64,000 nucleotides of DNA from an uncultured Nitrososphaerota archaeon (lineage in GTDB: Archaea; Thermoproteota; Nitrososphaeria; Nitrososphaerales; CADDZS01). The position numbers and the translations under genes are program-made. Under the pieces are notes generated by a model. That model was not told the origin of the DNA. It worked only from the letters and a program-made list of their open reading frames with translations, and did no database searches. The first letter of the stretch is position 1. Each line of letters begins with the position of its first letter. Where the stretch lies: NCBI GenBank assembly GCA_963799845.1, contig CAWCYI010000004.1, positions 1,280,001-1,344,000 on the forward strand, in the 5' to 3' direction. This document shows, in pieces, positions 38,459 through 49,384 of this stretch.

Positions 38459-39676
38459 GTGGGTAGTTACTTGGATCAAAATTCAGAATCATTGGAAACT
38501 ATTTTCCAGAAGGCCCTTTCTGCTCCAACGCTTTTCAATAACCATGAAGCCCTGCGATCCGATTACGTCCCCGACCACCTACCGTTCCGGAGTGATCAGA
38601 TAACCTCCGTCGCCCAAGTGCTTTCACCTCTTTTACATTCATCCAAACCATCCAATCTTCTAATCTATGGAAAAACGGGAACCGGGAAGACTGCCGCTAC
38701 AAAACATGTAATTTCAAAACTTGCCCTAACATCGAAGACCAACAGAGTTAAAGCAAGCTTCGTTTACTCCAATGTCAGGATGGCCGGAACCGAGTACAGG
38801 GTCCTGGCGGACCTTGCAAATAATACCGGATTATCGATTCCTTTTACAGGCCTTGCTGTAAGCGAGGTCCTTTCCAGAGTACAAACCCAAATAAAAACAA
38901 AGAATCTTCACGTAGTATTTGTACTCGACGAGATAGACTTTCTCGTAAAATCGTTCGGAGACGGGTTGCTGTACGACCTAACTACTTCTTCTGATGCAAT
39001 CACTCCGGGGTTTCTCTCCCTGGTCGGCATTTCAAACGATTTACAGTTCAAAGAAGAATTAGGCGCAAGAGTCCTCAGCCGCCTGTCCGAAGAGGAAATT
39101 GTATTCCCACCGTACTCTGCGCAAGAACTCACGACGATCCTTCAAGAGAGGGCCAAATTCGCCTTTAATGCTGGCGCCTATACGGAGGCTGCGGTAAATC
39201 TCTGCGCCGCGTGTTCAGGGTTGGAACACGGAGACGCAAGACGCGCCGTAGATCTGCTAAGGATTGCCGGAGAAGTTGCGGAGAGAGAAGGATCAAGCCA
39301 GCTCGATGAGAAGCACGTGCGCATCGCGCTCCAAAAAATTGATCAGGACAGGATTAGTGACGCACTCAAGAGTCTCCCACTTCACGCTAAGCTCGTGCTA
39401 ATAGCCGTAGTGAGAAACAACCCGGAGAACAAGTCAAGCGGCTCAATTTACGAGAATTACTCTAGCCTCTGCAAGCGTTCAGGTATCGAGTCTCTTACAA
39501 CAAGGCGCGTATCCGGGCTTGTAACGGAGCTAGACACGCTTGGACTCGTCAGCGCGACTCTTGTGAACTATGGCAGGTACGGCAGGACGAAGAAGGTTAC
39601 TCCCCAGATATCTCAAGATGTGTTGAAACAGGCTTTCCAAGAAGATGGAAGTGTTAACCAGCTTCTGCAAGATTAG
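38459..39676 (+). CDS. cdc6: Orc1/Cdc6 replication initiator
   Basis: DYVPDHLPFR, YGKTGTGKT (Walker A), VLDEID (Walker B), FPPYSAQEL, HGDARRAVDLLR, GRYGRTK wing. Confidence 0.96.
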   Translation: MGSYLDQNSESLETIFQKALSAPTLFNNHEALRSDYVPDHLPFRSDQITSVAQVLSPLLHSSKPSNLLIYGKTGTGKTAATKHVISKLALTSKTNRVKASFVYSNVRMAGTEYRVLADLANNTGLSIPFTGLAVSEVLSRVQTQIKTKNLHVVFVLDEIDFLVKSFGDGLLYDLTTSSDAITPGFLSLVGISNDLQFKEELGARVLSRLSEEEIVFPPYSAQELTTILQERAKFAFNAGAYTEAAVNLCAACSGLEHGDARRAVDLLRIAGEVAEREGSSQLDEKHVRIALQKIDQDRISDALKSLPLHAKLVLIAVVRNNPENKSSGSIYENYSSLCKRSGIESLTTRRVSGLVTELDTLGLVSATLVNYGRYGRTKKVTPQISQDVLKQAFQEDGSVNQLLQD

Positions 39677-41266
39677 CCTTGGATGTCGAGACTGCTTTCC
39701 CTTTGGCCGCAGGGATAGAACTAACTAGGAATTCGCGCAATCTTACTTCGAGAGTCGCAAGGTTGACTATCGGAACGAGACCAGGCCGGGGACTGATCCC
39801 CAGATTTGCCTGATATCCAGTCTGAGCCTGCCACGTCCCGGAGTTTATTATCAGGGTCGATTTGTATCGGTCAACTCCAACAGTGTGAACGTGACCGGCG
39901 TGGAAGATATCAGGGACCTGTTCGATTACCAGATGATCTTCAAGTTCCGGCGCAATAGGAGTTCTCAGGCCGAATATCGGCGCCAAGTGTCTTGCCCTGA
40001 GCAACACCTTCATCGCCTCTTCCGGTTTTTCGTAAGAAAGTCCGGGAGTGGTTGCAAGCACGTCGTCAAGGCTTCTGCCGTGATAGGCGAGTATGGAAAC
40101 TCCGTTTAGCTTGAACAGGCAGGGATCGCCCAGCATTGTGAGGTTTTTCAATTCATGAAGTGACGGAGCATATTTTTTTGGTATCATCGGCTGGGGGAGT
40201 GCTTGCCTTGTGGCATCATGGTTTCCCGGGATCATGAACATCTGCAGGTGCTGCGGTACGAGCTTCAACTTCTCGTAGACCATCTCATATTGCTTGAAAA
40301 TGTCCAGCTCGCTCAATTCATATTCTTGGTTCGGGAATACACCAACTCCGTCGACGACATCGCCTCCAATTACCACGTATTTCAGTCGACGCACAATCTC
40401 TTCGTCATCTTCTGAAATCACGCCCCGGCCTGCAATCCACTCAAGGAAGCGATCGAACGCTCCCTCAAGGAATTTGTTGCTACCAATGTGAAGGTCAGAA
40501 AGGAAAACGGCATAGACGGTCTTCTTTGAAGTAGACGGAACCCTGCTCGGAATGTCCGGCTGGATGACATTCTTCAGAATCAGTCTGCCCTGAACCGCTT
40601 CTACATCAGCGATCACGCACTGGTCCAGAGCTATCTCGCTTGCAGCTTCTTCGCCTCCGGACTGAGCGCAAGGATAGACGTACTTCCAGTGTCGTCGTCG
40701 ATCGTAAACTCGATCCCGTTTTTCGTCGGCCTGCGGGAGAAAACGAGCCCGGCGATCTTGGAGTTGCCCTTCTCTTTGTTTATCTTTGATACCTTCGTGA
40801 GAGAACGTCCTTCCGGCCTCTCGGAAAGAATGCGGACAATCTTCTCGTAGCGGCTCTTGAAAAGCTGGGGGAAACCTTCGATGCCGGTCGGCTGTATGTG
40901 GGAAGAAGGATCTCTTACGATTTCGACGTCCTGTTCAATCGACTCAGATGTCACGGCGACGGATTGAGAAACAACGGAGGGAGTCTCGGAGACATCAAAA
41001 ATCTCCGGGAAGGCCTCAACAAGGTCAACACGCTCGATTTCCAGCGACTTGGACTTGGCCCTCGCTTTAATTTCAATCACTTCTCGAATGATTGTTTCGA
41101 ATGTAATTTCGTTCTCGACAGGCCTGGGAGATTTTCTTCGCTCGCCGACCTTTTGAAGAATCTTGACCGCATCGGGGCTAATCTGGTAGCCGTGGGAAAG
41201 GGCTTCCTCGACCGCCCGCGTAATCAACGACGAGAACGAAAGATTGCTCCTGCTCATTTCGCGCAA
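39654..41266 (-). CDS. polB: DNA polymerase II (PolD) small subunit DP1, with one apparent missing base near 40648
   Basis: FKSRYEK, OB-fold IDDDTG; phosphoesterase motifs SDLHIG, GDVVDG, PGNHD, YHGRS, RHLAP, FHAGHVH, NSGTWQ; adding one base gives KK-AASEIALDQCVIADVE. Confidence 0.92.
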
Positions 41267-42669
41267 CCAATCGCAATACTAACGGCAGAATCTAGCAGGC
41301 TTCGAGCCTCATCTTCCTTCGGCGATTCAACATACACCCGCACTTTCTTCTCAGTCCCGGAGCTTCGAACCATGAGCCAACCCCCACCTTTAAGATAGAG
41401 CTTGACGCCGTCAAGCTCGTCGAACCTGTCGACCTGTCCCGAGAATTTCTCGTACATTACCGAGCGAACGCAGCCCTGGTCAAGAACTCCAGAGGGGAGG
41501 AGGTTCTTCTGGTAGTTGTAGTAAACTGGGATCCAATCGAGAGCCTTACTCAAAGAGAGGTTGTTATTAGAGAGATACTGGGTGATCAACACGCTTGCGT
41601 AAATCCCATCCTCCCAGTAACCCCACCTAGGATCGACGATCTTGCTCGGTTCCGATCCGTAAATGCCTCGCCGTTTGTACAACTCCTCGAAAGTTTTGCC
41701 GAGCCGCGATCTCGTCACCGTGCAACCGGCATCGCGAGCGGTCTTTTCAAGAGCGCTCGAAGAGTTCACCGAGATGATCACATTTCCTTTCTTTACCCGC
41801 TCAAGGACTATCTTCAAGACAAGGGCGGAAAGCTTGTAATCCGGGACTACCTGCCCCTGTTCGTCTATCATCACGAGCCGGTCAGCGTCGCCATCATGAG
41901 CAACTGTAAAATCCGCTCCAGCAGCCTTCGAGAACTCTGCCACCTCACTGAGAGTCTCCAGCATGGGCTCTGGAAGACGACCTGGAAATTTCTCGCTTGG
42001 ATGGGCATTTATCGTGATTACATGGTGACCGAGTTCGGCCAGAATCCCGGGAGTGACTCCGCCAGCGGCTCCGTTGGCGCAATCGACGAGTATCTTGAAG
42101 GACTTTTTTCCGGGGGCTGCTCGCTTCAACAGAGCTTCACGGTACGAGAAAATCGCTTCCTCATTCTCGAATGTCGTGCCGAAGTTTGTGAGATCCTCGT
42201 CCCTTTTTACAAGGCTCGTACTCCCCTGGAGCAGCTGCTCGACCTTGTGTTCGGCCTCAAGGGAGAACTCTATCCCATCAGTACCAAAGACCTTGACCCC
42301 CGCGTATTCCGGCGGGTTGTGAGAGGCAGTGATAGAAAACCCGGCGTGAAGTTTGTTAACTTTGATGTTGTATGCGAGAACCGGTGTGGGAATCAGACCA
42401 TAGTTTTCAACGTCACTCCCGTACCAGTTCATCGCGGCACAAGCGATCCTGGCAAGTATGGCAGAAGTCTTTCGACTGTCATACCCGAGACCAAACTTAC
42501 CCTCTCCGAGCAATTCGTTCACTGCGAAGCAGACTGAGATAGTCTCGCGTATGGAGACCTCCTGTCCGTAAATACCTCTAATCCCCGCGGTACCGAACTT
42601 TACACGAATTTTTGGCCGTACTAGACCAGTTTCCTGGTCGATATCCTGTTGCACGTTTCTTGCTTTCAC
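41254..42669 (-). CDS. Phosphohexomutase (phosphomannomutase/phosphoglucosamine mutase family)
   Basis: FGTAGIRG, ITASHNPP, DGDADR, VRSSGTE. Confidence 0.92.
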   Translation of the reverse strand: MKARNVQQDIDQETGLVRPKIRVKFGTAGIRGIYGQEVSIRETISVCFAVNELLGEGKFGLGYDSRKTSAILARIACAAMNWYGSDVENYGLIPTPVLAYNIKVNKLHAGFSITASHNPPEYAGVKVFGTDGIEFSLEAEHKVEQLLQGSTSLVKRDEDLTNFGTTFENEEAIFSYREALLKRAAPGKKSFKILVDCANGAAGGVTPGILAELGHHVITINAHPSEKFPGRLPEPMLETLSEVAEFSKAAGADFTVAHDGDADRLVMIDEQGQVVPDYKLSALVLKIVLERVKKGNVIISVNSSSALEKTARDAGCTVTRSRLGKTFEELYKRRGIYGSEPSKIVDPRWGYWEDGIYASVLITQYLSNNNLSLSKALDWIPVYYNYQKNLLPSGVLDQGCVRSVMYEKFSGQVDRFDELDGVKLYLKGGGWLMVRSSGTEKKVRVYVESPKEDEARSLLDSAVSIAIGCAK

Positions 42670-42799
42670 AAGGTAAGAATGAGAGTGTAATCAGGTTTCT
42701 GTTGAACAAGACGAGGACAACGGTATCGTCAGAAAAGGCTAGGAAAAACGACCTAGCCAACTTTTTCGTGAATTAATCAACACATTTTGGCATCGAATT

Positions 42800-43237
42800 C
42801 TAGGCCGAGTAGACTGAAAGGAACATTACGAAGATTGAAAGAATCAATGCAGCCACAGCTTCAACGCTGATAGCGGTCAGGAAACTATCTGACAGATGTA
42901 CCGATCGCATAAGCAGCAGGATCAAGCCAAAGAAAGCAGCAAACCCGCACGTTACTGAAAATGTAATTTTGCTAAAATATCTGTACCTCAGCAGAAAAAG
43001 ACCTGTTAGAATTGCAAATATCGCTCCAAGCATATCCAGAGTTGCAAAAGTGTTGGTGGATACCACGCCATTCCCTAAACTCTCTAGGCTTTGGAAGGAA
43101 TTATTCGAAGAGAGCACAATTGCTGCAAGATCGGCCCCCAGGGCAATCGAGACGACGCCCATTGTCTTTCCGTACTTGGCCTTCTTTCTATCTTCAAGGA
43201 TCATCCTGTTTATCGGATTGTCGGCTTTGGGGAGCAA
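42800..43237 (-). CDS. Hypothetical four-TM membrane protein
   Basis: Four hydrophobic segments in 145 aa. Confidence 0.6.
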   Translation of the reverse strand: MLPKADNPINRMILEDRKKAKYGKTMGVVSIALGADLAAIVLSSNNSFQSLESLGNGVVSTNTFATLDMLGAIFAILTGLFLLRYRYFSKITFSVTCGFAAFFGLILLLMRSVHLSDSFLTAISVEAVAALILSIFVMFLSVYSA

Positions 43238-43325
43238 TGCGATAATACACTGTAACCGGATTTATTTTCAATTATGAATTAGTGATTAGTAATCAACGCA
43301 TATATCGAATCACGCTATATTTTCC

Positions 43326-43712
43326 TCAACTTACTACAGCATCTGCTTCGATTTCCACCAGGATCTTAGGATCGAGGAAGCTGCAGACGAGCATGCTAGA
43401 GGCGGGCGCGATGGAACTAAAAAACTCCAGATGTGCCTTTGCAATATCCTGCCAGTCGGCCTTCGCACTGACAAACACTCTAGTTCTAACTACATCACTC
43501 AGGGAAGCGCCGGCTTTTTCTAGAGCAGTTTGGATATTCCGAACGGCTTGCTTTGCTTGGACATATGAATCATCGTCTGAGACTAGGTTGCCCATTGAAT
43601 CCGTTCCTGTGGTCCCGGAGATGAATATCATGTTCCCAAATTTTACAGCCCGCGAATAACCAACTACCTTTTCGAACTTTCCGCCAGATGAAATATTTTG
43701 ACGAGAAGACAT
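43326..43712 (-). CDS. RidA/YjgF/UK114 family protein
   Basis: VGYSRAV, IFISGTT, DVVRTRVFV, LVEIEADA; ATG at 43712. Confidence 0.9.
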   Translation of the reverse strand: MSSRQNISSGGKFEKVVGYSRAVKFGNMIFISGTTGTDSMGNLVSDDDSYVQAKQAVRNIQTALEKAGASLSDVVRTRVFVSAKADWQDIAKAHLEFFSSIAPASSMLVCSFLDPKILVEIEADAVVS

Positions 43713-43834
43713 GATTTTAGACCACGCTTTGGACATCAATAAGGTTAGCATTCCAACCCGAAAAGACTGGAAAATTCACGACGCAAAGAAAAGTTAAATG
43801 AACGGCCGAGATTTTTCCGACAAATCCTCACGCG

Positions 43835-45502
43835 GTGACTCCCGAAATTCAAAATCTCGAAACTGACGTTCTCATTGTCGGCGGCGGAGGAGCGGGCGCG
43901 CGGGCAGCTATTGCGGCGCAAGAAAGTGGAGGAAAAGTAATCCTTGCGACAAAGCATTTCCTGGGGAGGAGCGGTTGCACGCCCCAGCTGGCATACATGT
44001 CAGCAGTGGGACCTTGGGGAGCTAAAGATGACAGCGTCGAGCTCGCAGTTCAAGATCTCCTAAAGTCTGGAGGAAACCTGGGAGATTCTGTACTTCTGAA
44101 GATACTCGTAGAAGAATCGCGAGACAGAATAGCGGATCTTGAATCTTACGGCGCCCGCTTTGACAAAGGTCAGGGCGGGAAGTACATCGTCGGTCAGCTG
44201 GCGGGACATTCGAAGCCGCGAACCCTGACCTTCAACGCAAGAAAGCTCGGCTCGACAATGATGCAAGCGCTGACGAACGAGATCCGAAGGAGGAAAATTC
44301 CCGTGCTGGAACAGGTGATGCTAACTAAAATTTTCACAAGGGATGGTTCTGTGATAGGTGGTTCCTTCTTAGATTACGCACGTGGTGAATATTTTACTGT
44401 TTCATCGAAATGCATCGTCATCGCTACTGGAGGGTACGGGGCGGTCTATTCTCCGTCAACGGTCTCAAAGGAGGATACCGGAGATGGTCTTGTGCTTGCT
44501 CTGGACGTGGGAGCCGAGGTTATCGACATGGAAAACGTCCCCTTTCTTCCAGGGAACAATAGAGCCTGGGGCTCCCAAAAGAGCTGGGGCGAGACGCCGC
44601 ATTTTCTGAACACGAAAGGTGAGAGATTCATGCTTCGATACAATCCAAGCGGGGCCGAATTTGGAACAAAGGAAGTTCTGGTTCAATCAATTGCGAAAGA
44701 GGTGAGGGAAGGACGAGGTACGAAGAGGGGTGGGATTTACTCTGATCTCTCTCATCTTCCATGGGACAAACCGAGCGTTCAAACAGACATGTCCGACCTC
44801 GTGGAGCACGGAAAGAATTTCGGCTACGACCCGAGAAAAGATCCGGTGGAGATGTGGCCAGTAGCTCACACGCCGACCGGAGGTATTCCTGTTGATGCGA
44901 ACGGAGAGACCAGCATTCCCGGATTGTACGCCGCGGGTTCTGTTGCATTCGGAATGTACGGCTTCGGGCGGATCGAGGGTTTCACATCGATGATAACTCA
45001 GGTGTTTGGGAAACGTGCAGGAGATGCGGCGGCGAAGAAGGCGGCATCAATTTCCTCGGCAAAGCCCACGGTCGAAGAAGTAGAGGAGGAAAGGAAAAAA
45101 GTGTATTCAGTCCTGGATCAGCAAGACGGTTTGCGTCCCGCTGAGATAAAGCAGCGAATACACTCCATCATGTATGAACACGCGTGGGTACTCCGGGATG
45201 AAAAGAGCCTCTCGGCCGGCCTGGGTGAAATCTTGAAGTTGCGCGAGAAGAAAATGATGGTGCAGTCAAAATCCGAAGTCCTCAACATTGACTGGCTCGA
45301 AGCCCTCGAAGTGCCAAATCTATTGCTCATGGCCGAACTGCTGCTCCGGGCGAGCATGATGAGGAAAGAATCGCGCGGTTCGTTCTCGAGAACCGACTAT
45401 CCGACCACCGATGAGGTAAACTGGCGTGTAAACATCGCTTTCAAGAAAAATGGAGGCTCGATCTCAATTTACACGAAGAAGGCTCCCAAGCTGATGACAT
45501 GA
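43835..45502 (+). CDS. SdhA/FrdA/NadB-superfamily flavoprotein with atypical active site
   Basis: DVLIVGGGGAG, GHSKPR, IATGG, DTGDG, GERFM, IPGLYAAG, RKESRG; lacks the covalent-FAD His and the QFHPT His. Confidence 0.85.
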   Translation: MTPEIQNLETDVLIVGGGGAGARAAIAAQESGGKVILATKHFLGRSGCTPQLAYMSAVGPWGAKDDSVELAVQDLLKSGGNLGDSVLLKILVEESRDRIADLESYGARFDKGQGGKYIVGQLAGHSKPRTLTFNARKLGSTMMQALTNEIRRRKIPVLEQVMLTKIFTRDGSVIGGSFLDYARGEYFTVSSKCIVIATGGYGAVYSPSTVSKEDTGDGLVLALDVGAEVIDMENVPFLPGNNRAWGSQKSWGETPHFLNTKGERFMLRYNPSGAEFGTKEVLVQSIAKEVREGRGTKRGGIYSDLSHLPWDKPSVQTDMSDLVEHGKNFGYDPRKDPVEMWPVAHTPTGGIPVDANGETSIPGLYAAGSVAFGMYGFGRIEGFTSMITQVFGKRAGDAAAKKAASISSAKPTVEEVEEERKKVYSVLDQQDGLRPAEIKQRIHSIMYEHAWVLRDEKSLSAGLGEILKLREKKMMVQSKSEVLNIDWLEALEVPNLLLMAELLLRASMMRKESRGSFSRTDYPTTDEVNWRVNIAFKKNGGSISIYTKKAPKLMT

Positions 45503-45509
45503 TAGTACA

Positions 45510-46232
45510 TCAGAAATATCCGCGGATCATTTCATTTAGGTGTTTTGCATCTGAATCGAAAGAGCTTGAAATTTTCTGCAATTCTTGAATGCAGCCGAGT
45601 ACGTTAATCTTTGCCGGACAGACCGTATTGCACGCGTAACACCGGGTGCAGTATTCGAGATTGGATTTCATTATAGATGAAAGAAAGTTTTTGGAAGCGC
45701 CCTCGCGATCCATGTGCGAAGCCAGCATGACGGAAATTGCCGGTCCGGCAAAACCAATTGGTTCCTTGATGTCTACCGTGGGGCACGCACCGACGCATGA
45801 AAAGCAGCGGATGCAGGTTGAAGCCGACTCTGACAGTTCCTCCTCCCTCTTACTAACTTTCTGAGATGATTGCTCGGGAAGAGTGGGAAGCAACTCCTCC
45901 ATCTTTCGCTCATAAGGGCCCCAGTCAACAACCAGGTCTTTCACAACTTTGAAGCCTGGCAACGGAGAAATTTCTTGCCCCTCGCGTACCGGAGTATAGC
46001 AAGCGAGAGAAATCTTCCCGTCAATTTTCATCGCGCAGGATCCACACCGCTGTTTCTGGCATGAATAATTGAAAGCAAGAGTACCGTCAATTTGCTCCCG
46101 GGCATACTGAAGTGCGTCAAGGACCGTCATCTGGTCTGATAGCGGGATTTCGAATTTTTCAAAGAAAGGTTTGATTTCTTTGCCGGTCGCATCCGATCTC
46201 GAGACTTCTATTGTGAGAGTTTCGTTGTTCAT
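45510..46232 (-). CDS. SdhB/FrdB-like iron-sulfur subunit
   Basis: SCQKQRCGSC..LAC ([2Fe-2S]), VVKDLVVD, CIRCFSCVGACP, CTRCYACNTVCP. Confidence 0.9.
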   Translation of the reverse strand: MNNETLTIEVSRSDATGKEIKPFFEKFEIPLSDQMTVLDALQYAREQIDGTLAFNYSCQKQRCGSCAMKIDGKISLACYTPVREGQEISPLPGFKVVKDLVVDWGPYERKMEELLPTLPEQSSQKVSKREEELSESASTCIRCFSCVGACPTVDIKEPIGFAGPAISVMLASHMDREGASKNFLSSIMKSNLEYCTRCYACNTVCPAKINVLGCIQELQKISSSFDSDAKHLNEMIRGYF

Positions 46233-46440
46233 TGAACCGTCCTCTTAGAGTACGATGGATTAATCCAAACTCGCTATAGGGTCAGATCTTAAAAATGATT
46301 TATTGGTGATTCGATTCTCATAAACAAGCATATGAGATCGGCGTCCCACTAATTAGCGGGATACTTTTGACCATGGTCAAGGTAGACAACAAAATCCCGT
46401 AAATCTTGAAATACGGAAAATCGATCGCTAGAATCGGAAT

Positions 46441-47190
46441 TTGCTGTCCCTGCTGATCAACTTCAACACTTTTCTTCAAAAGCGCTACGTTGACATCGGC
46501 GGCGTCATCGTTCTCATCGTGGTGATATTTGGAATTGCCTACGGACTTTTGAGATGGCGAAAAGCTCTCGCGGAGAGACTGCCGCATATAACCAGCTACT
46601 CGCTCTCTGCTGCATCGAAGGCGAAGGTACTTGCGAATAATCTGGGAATTGATGTCTTTTACCAAAAGCCGATCGCGGATTGCAGCCGCGCTAGGTGGAT
46701 AGCCCACCTTGCCATTTTCTGGGGCTTCCTCGGACTGGCCGTTACCACAACTCTCGACGAAATTGTAAATCCAGCTGCCGCACCTCTTGGGCTGACCAGC
46801 CCGGTAAGAATTCTGGGAAATATCAGCGGGGTGTTGTTTGTTGCCGGTGTTTCTGTTTCGCTTGGCCGCCGGCTGTTCGTTCCTTCAGTTCGCGAGAACT
46901 CGACCCTCGGCGATTTCGTGTTTCTTTTGCTCCTATTTCTAACTGGAGTTAGCGGTTTTACGACGGAAATTTTTTCAGACCTGAACGTGGTTTTTCCCGA
47001 CGGTTTCTCGTACTGGTTTCACATAATTCTCGTGACGGCACTACTGGCGAGCGCTCCGTTCAGCAAATTTGTTCATACAATAGGGAGACCCATCCTGCTG
47101 TTGGTTAAGAGATCGGAAATTGAGAAATCAAAGCTGGCTGATTCCAAGAATCCAGTCCAGATGACTAGCCAAAAAGACGACACGAAATGA
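46441..47190 (+). CDS. NarI/HdrE/QmoC-like b-type cytochrome membrane anchor
   Basis: RWIAHLAIFWGF, GRRL, LTG, YWFHIILV, PFSKFVH; five TM helices. Confidence 0.75.
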   Translation: MLSLLINFNTFLQKRYVDIGGVIVLIVVIFGIAYGLLRWRKALAERLPHITSYSLSAASKAKVLANNLGIDVFYQKPIADCSRARWIAHLAIFWGFLGLAVTTTLDEIVNPAAAPLGLTSPVRILGNISGVLFVAGVSVSLGRRLFVPSVRENSTLGDFVFLLLLFLTGVSGFTTEIFSDLNVVFPDGFSYWFHIILVTALLASAPFSKFVHTIGRPILLLVKRSEIEKSKLADSKNPVQMTSQKDDTK

Positions 47191-47255
47191 ATCCCATATC
47201 TTATCAAACTACCTCGCGAATAGTCTAAATTCTATTCTTCCTGCGGGAAGTCTCC

Positions 47256-48272
47256 ATGGACACTCTTAGAGTTGGACTGGTCGGCTTTGGAAGATTCGGA
47301 AAAATTCATGCAAGCGCGATCGATAAATTAATGGGTGTAAAAGTCGCCAGCATTTGCGTCGGAAGCGAAGAGAGCGCGACCGAAGCTAAAAAACAGCTGG
47401 ACGTTCCGGTTTATTCTAACTACGACAGTTTTTTGTCCCAAGGCGGTTTCGATATTATTGACATCGTATCGCCCAACTATCTTCATGCGAGTCAAGCGAT
47501 AAGCGCGATGGAAAAGGGAAAGGACGTAATTCTGGAAAAGCCGATTGCGATCAACATTGAAGACGCCCTAAGAATGTCCGAAGTTCAAAAAAAGACATCC
47601 ACCAAAGTTCAGGTTGTATTTGAGTACAGATATGCCCCGTTCTGGAAGTCATTCAAATCCGCGCTCAATGAAGATCTTGTCACCAATCCGACTTTTGCCA
47701 AGATTGAATCATGGCGAAGTCCATTTCGCACAGGTTCTAGAGGATGGCGGTACGATGGAGCAAGAGTTGGACACCAGCTTCTGGAGGAAGCGATACACTA
47801 CTTCGATCTCGCGGTATGGTATTTCGGAATGCCCCAGAAGGTCTCAGGCTTTACCGATTCTCCTTCGACTTGGAAGGAGGGCAAGTTTTCTACCGCCGTA
47901 ATTACTTTGGAATATGCAAGCGGCCTCAAAGTTTTGATCGAGGACACTTTGAATGGAGTTGCTGGACAGAACGTGGTGTCGGCGAGCGGGCAGGGAGCGA
48001 TGATCGGAATGATGTATTCCGGAGTAGAAAGCCCGGAAGAGACGGCCTGGATCAGGATAAGAGAAAAGGATGGGGGCTACAGGGCTGAGATGCTGAAAAC
48101 AATCGATGAAGTTGACGGCATTGCTTTACTCCTCGAGGATTTTGTGTCGAAACTGAGGAGGCGAGAAGAGCCCTCCGTGTCATTATCAGACGGTTTTAAC
48201 GCACTGTCCCTTGATCTGTCGTCAATTTCGGCGATCCAATCAGGCGTGCCTGAAATACCGAAGTCTGTCTAG
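47256..48272 (+). CDS. Gfo/Idh/MocA family NAD(P)-dependent sugar dehydrogenase
   Basis: VGLVGFGRFG, SPNYLH, VILEKP, EEAIHYFD. Confidence 0.9.
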   Translation: MDTLRVGLVGFGRFGKIHASAIDKLMGVKVASICVGSEESATEAKKQLDVPVYSNYDSFLSQGGFDIIDIVSPNYLHASQAISAMEKGKDVILEKPIAINIEDALRMSEVQKKTSTKVQVVFEYRYAPFWKSFKSALNEDLVTNPTFAKIESWRSPFRTGSRGWRYDGARVGHQLLEEAIHYFDLAVWYFGMPQKVSGFTDSPSTWKEGKFSTAVITLEYASGLKVLIEDTLNGVAGQNVVSASGQGAMIGMMYSGVESPEETAWIRIREKDGGYRAEMLKTIDEVDGIALLLEDFVSKLRRREEPSVSLSDGFNALSLDLSSISAIQSGVPEIPKSV

Positions 48273-49302
48273 GATTTGTCCCAGTCAATTACAACAGCCA
48301 TGTACTCTTCTTTGTTGTTTAACAAGCCATCGTAAGCTCGTTTCATTTCCTCCGGAGCCACTACATGACTTACTAGCTCCTTGACTTTCAGCTTTCGTCG
48401 CTTAACGAGATCGAGAACGTGTGTTACGTCCCGGATATACGAATGGGGTGAATTATCGCCCGGCGGCGAGATCTGGTCTCGCTCAAGCGCTCCCCTTATG
48501 GTGAGCCACCTGAGATGTATTTGTCTGAAAAGCTGCGTGACGTCGGCGTTGTACGACGCGAAGGGTGTCCCGAGCAAGATCACCTGTCCCATCGGTCGGA
48601 CCAGTCCCACATTTGACATGATAAGCTGACTCACCCCGGTTGCATCAACGAGTGTATCAACTCCTTTTCCATCGTTGAATTCGGATGCTATGTCCTTGAG
48701 ATTGGTTTGGGAAGGGTCGTAAATCCCGACGCAATATCCAATGCCCCTCGCAATTGATCTCCTGAAATTTATGGGATCGAAAGCTACCACGTCTCCGCCG
48801 GCAAGGCTGAAGAGTGGGATGCGATCTGTCCAATTATTCCCAGACCGGTTAGAGCAATTTTGTCTCCGAGTTCGATTTTACTCAATCTAATGCTTCCACT
48901 GAGCACTATTGCTGCGAAACGGACCAGAGATACCTCGGGCAAAAGCAGATCTTCAGAAATGTTCGCATAGTGAGAGTAGCCGCTGTAGAGCTTGTCGTAA
49001 GTCGAGTGGTGGGCATGATGAAAGACTAGATCGCCAGGCTTGAGATCGACTTCCGAACCGGTTGCGATGACTTCGCCTAGTCCGGCATAACCCGGGACGT
49101 GTGGATAATTGCACCACGAATTTGGCTCGTACACTTTGGGGTTTGTGCCTGTGTATATTGAAAGCTCGGTACCGGCACTGATGGCCGTATACCTATTTTT
49201 AACGATGAATTCCGAGCTCCCAACATCAAAGTCGATAGAGTACTTTTCCACTTCAAGATCAAGCGGGCCCTTAATTACGAGGCGACGACCTTCCAAATTC
49301 AT
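48269..49302 (-). CDS. MDR-family (zinc-type alcohol dehydrogenase-like) oxidoreductase, frameshifted near 48814
   Basis: AISAGTE, YPHVPGY, TGLGIIG; adding one base gives QIASQLFSLAGGDVVAFD, continuing into the 48269-48790 ORF (VDATG, GQVILLG). Confidence 0.8.
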
Positions 49303-49384
49303 TGTGAACCTGGTTGGATATTGACTATCCCTAATTTATGTAATAGGAATCAACCCTTATCGCTGTTGGATTGGGTAAGAGAAT

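Noticed and set aside
40616-40660. Programmed frameshift or true split of DP1
   Set aside because: There is no slippery heptamer, the gene is essential, and a one-base fix at an AGCT site restores it, so an artefact is more likely
43835-46232. Calling these genes sdhA/sdhB
   Set aside because: Key dicarboxylate-binding and covalent-FAD residues are missing, so the symbols were withheld
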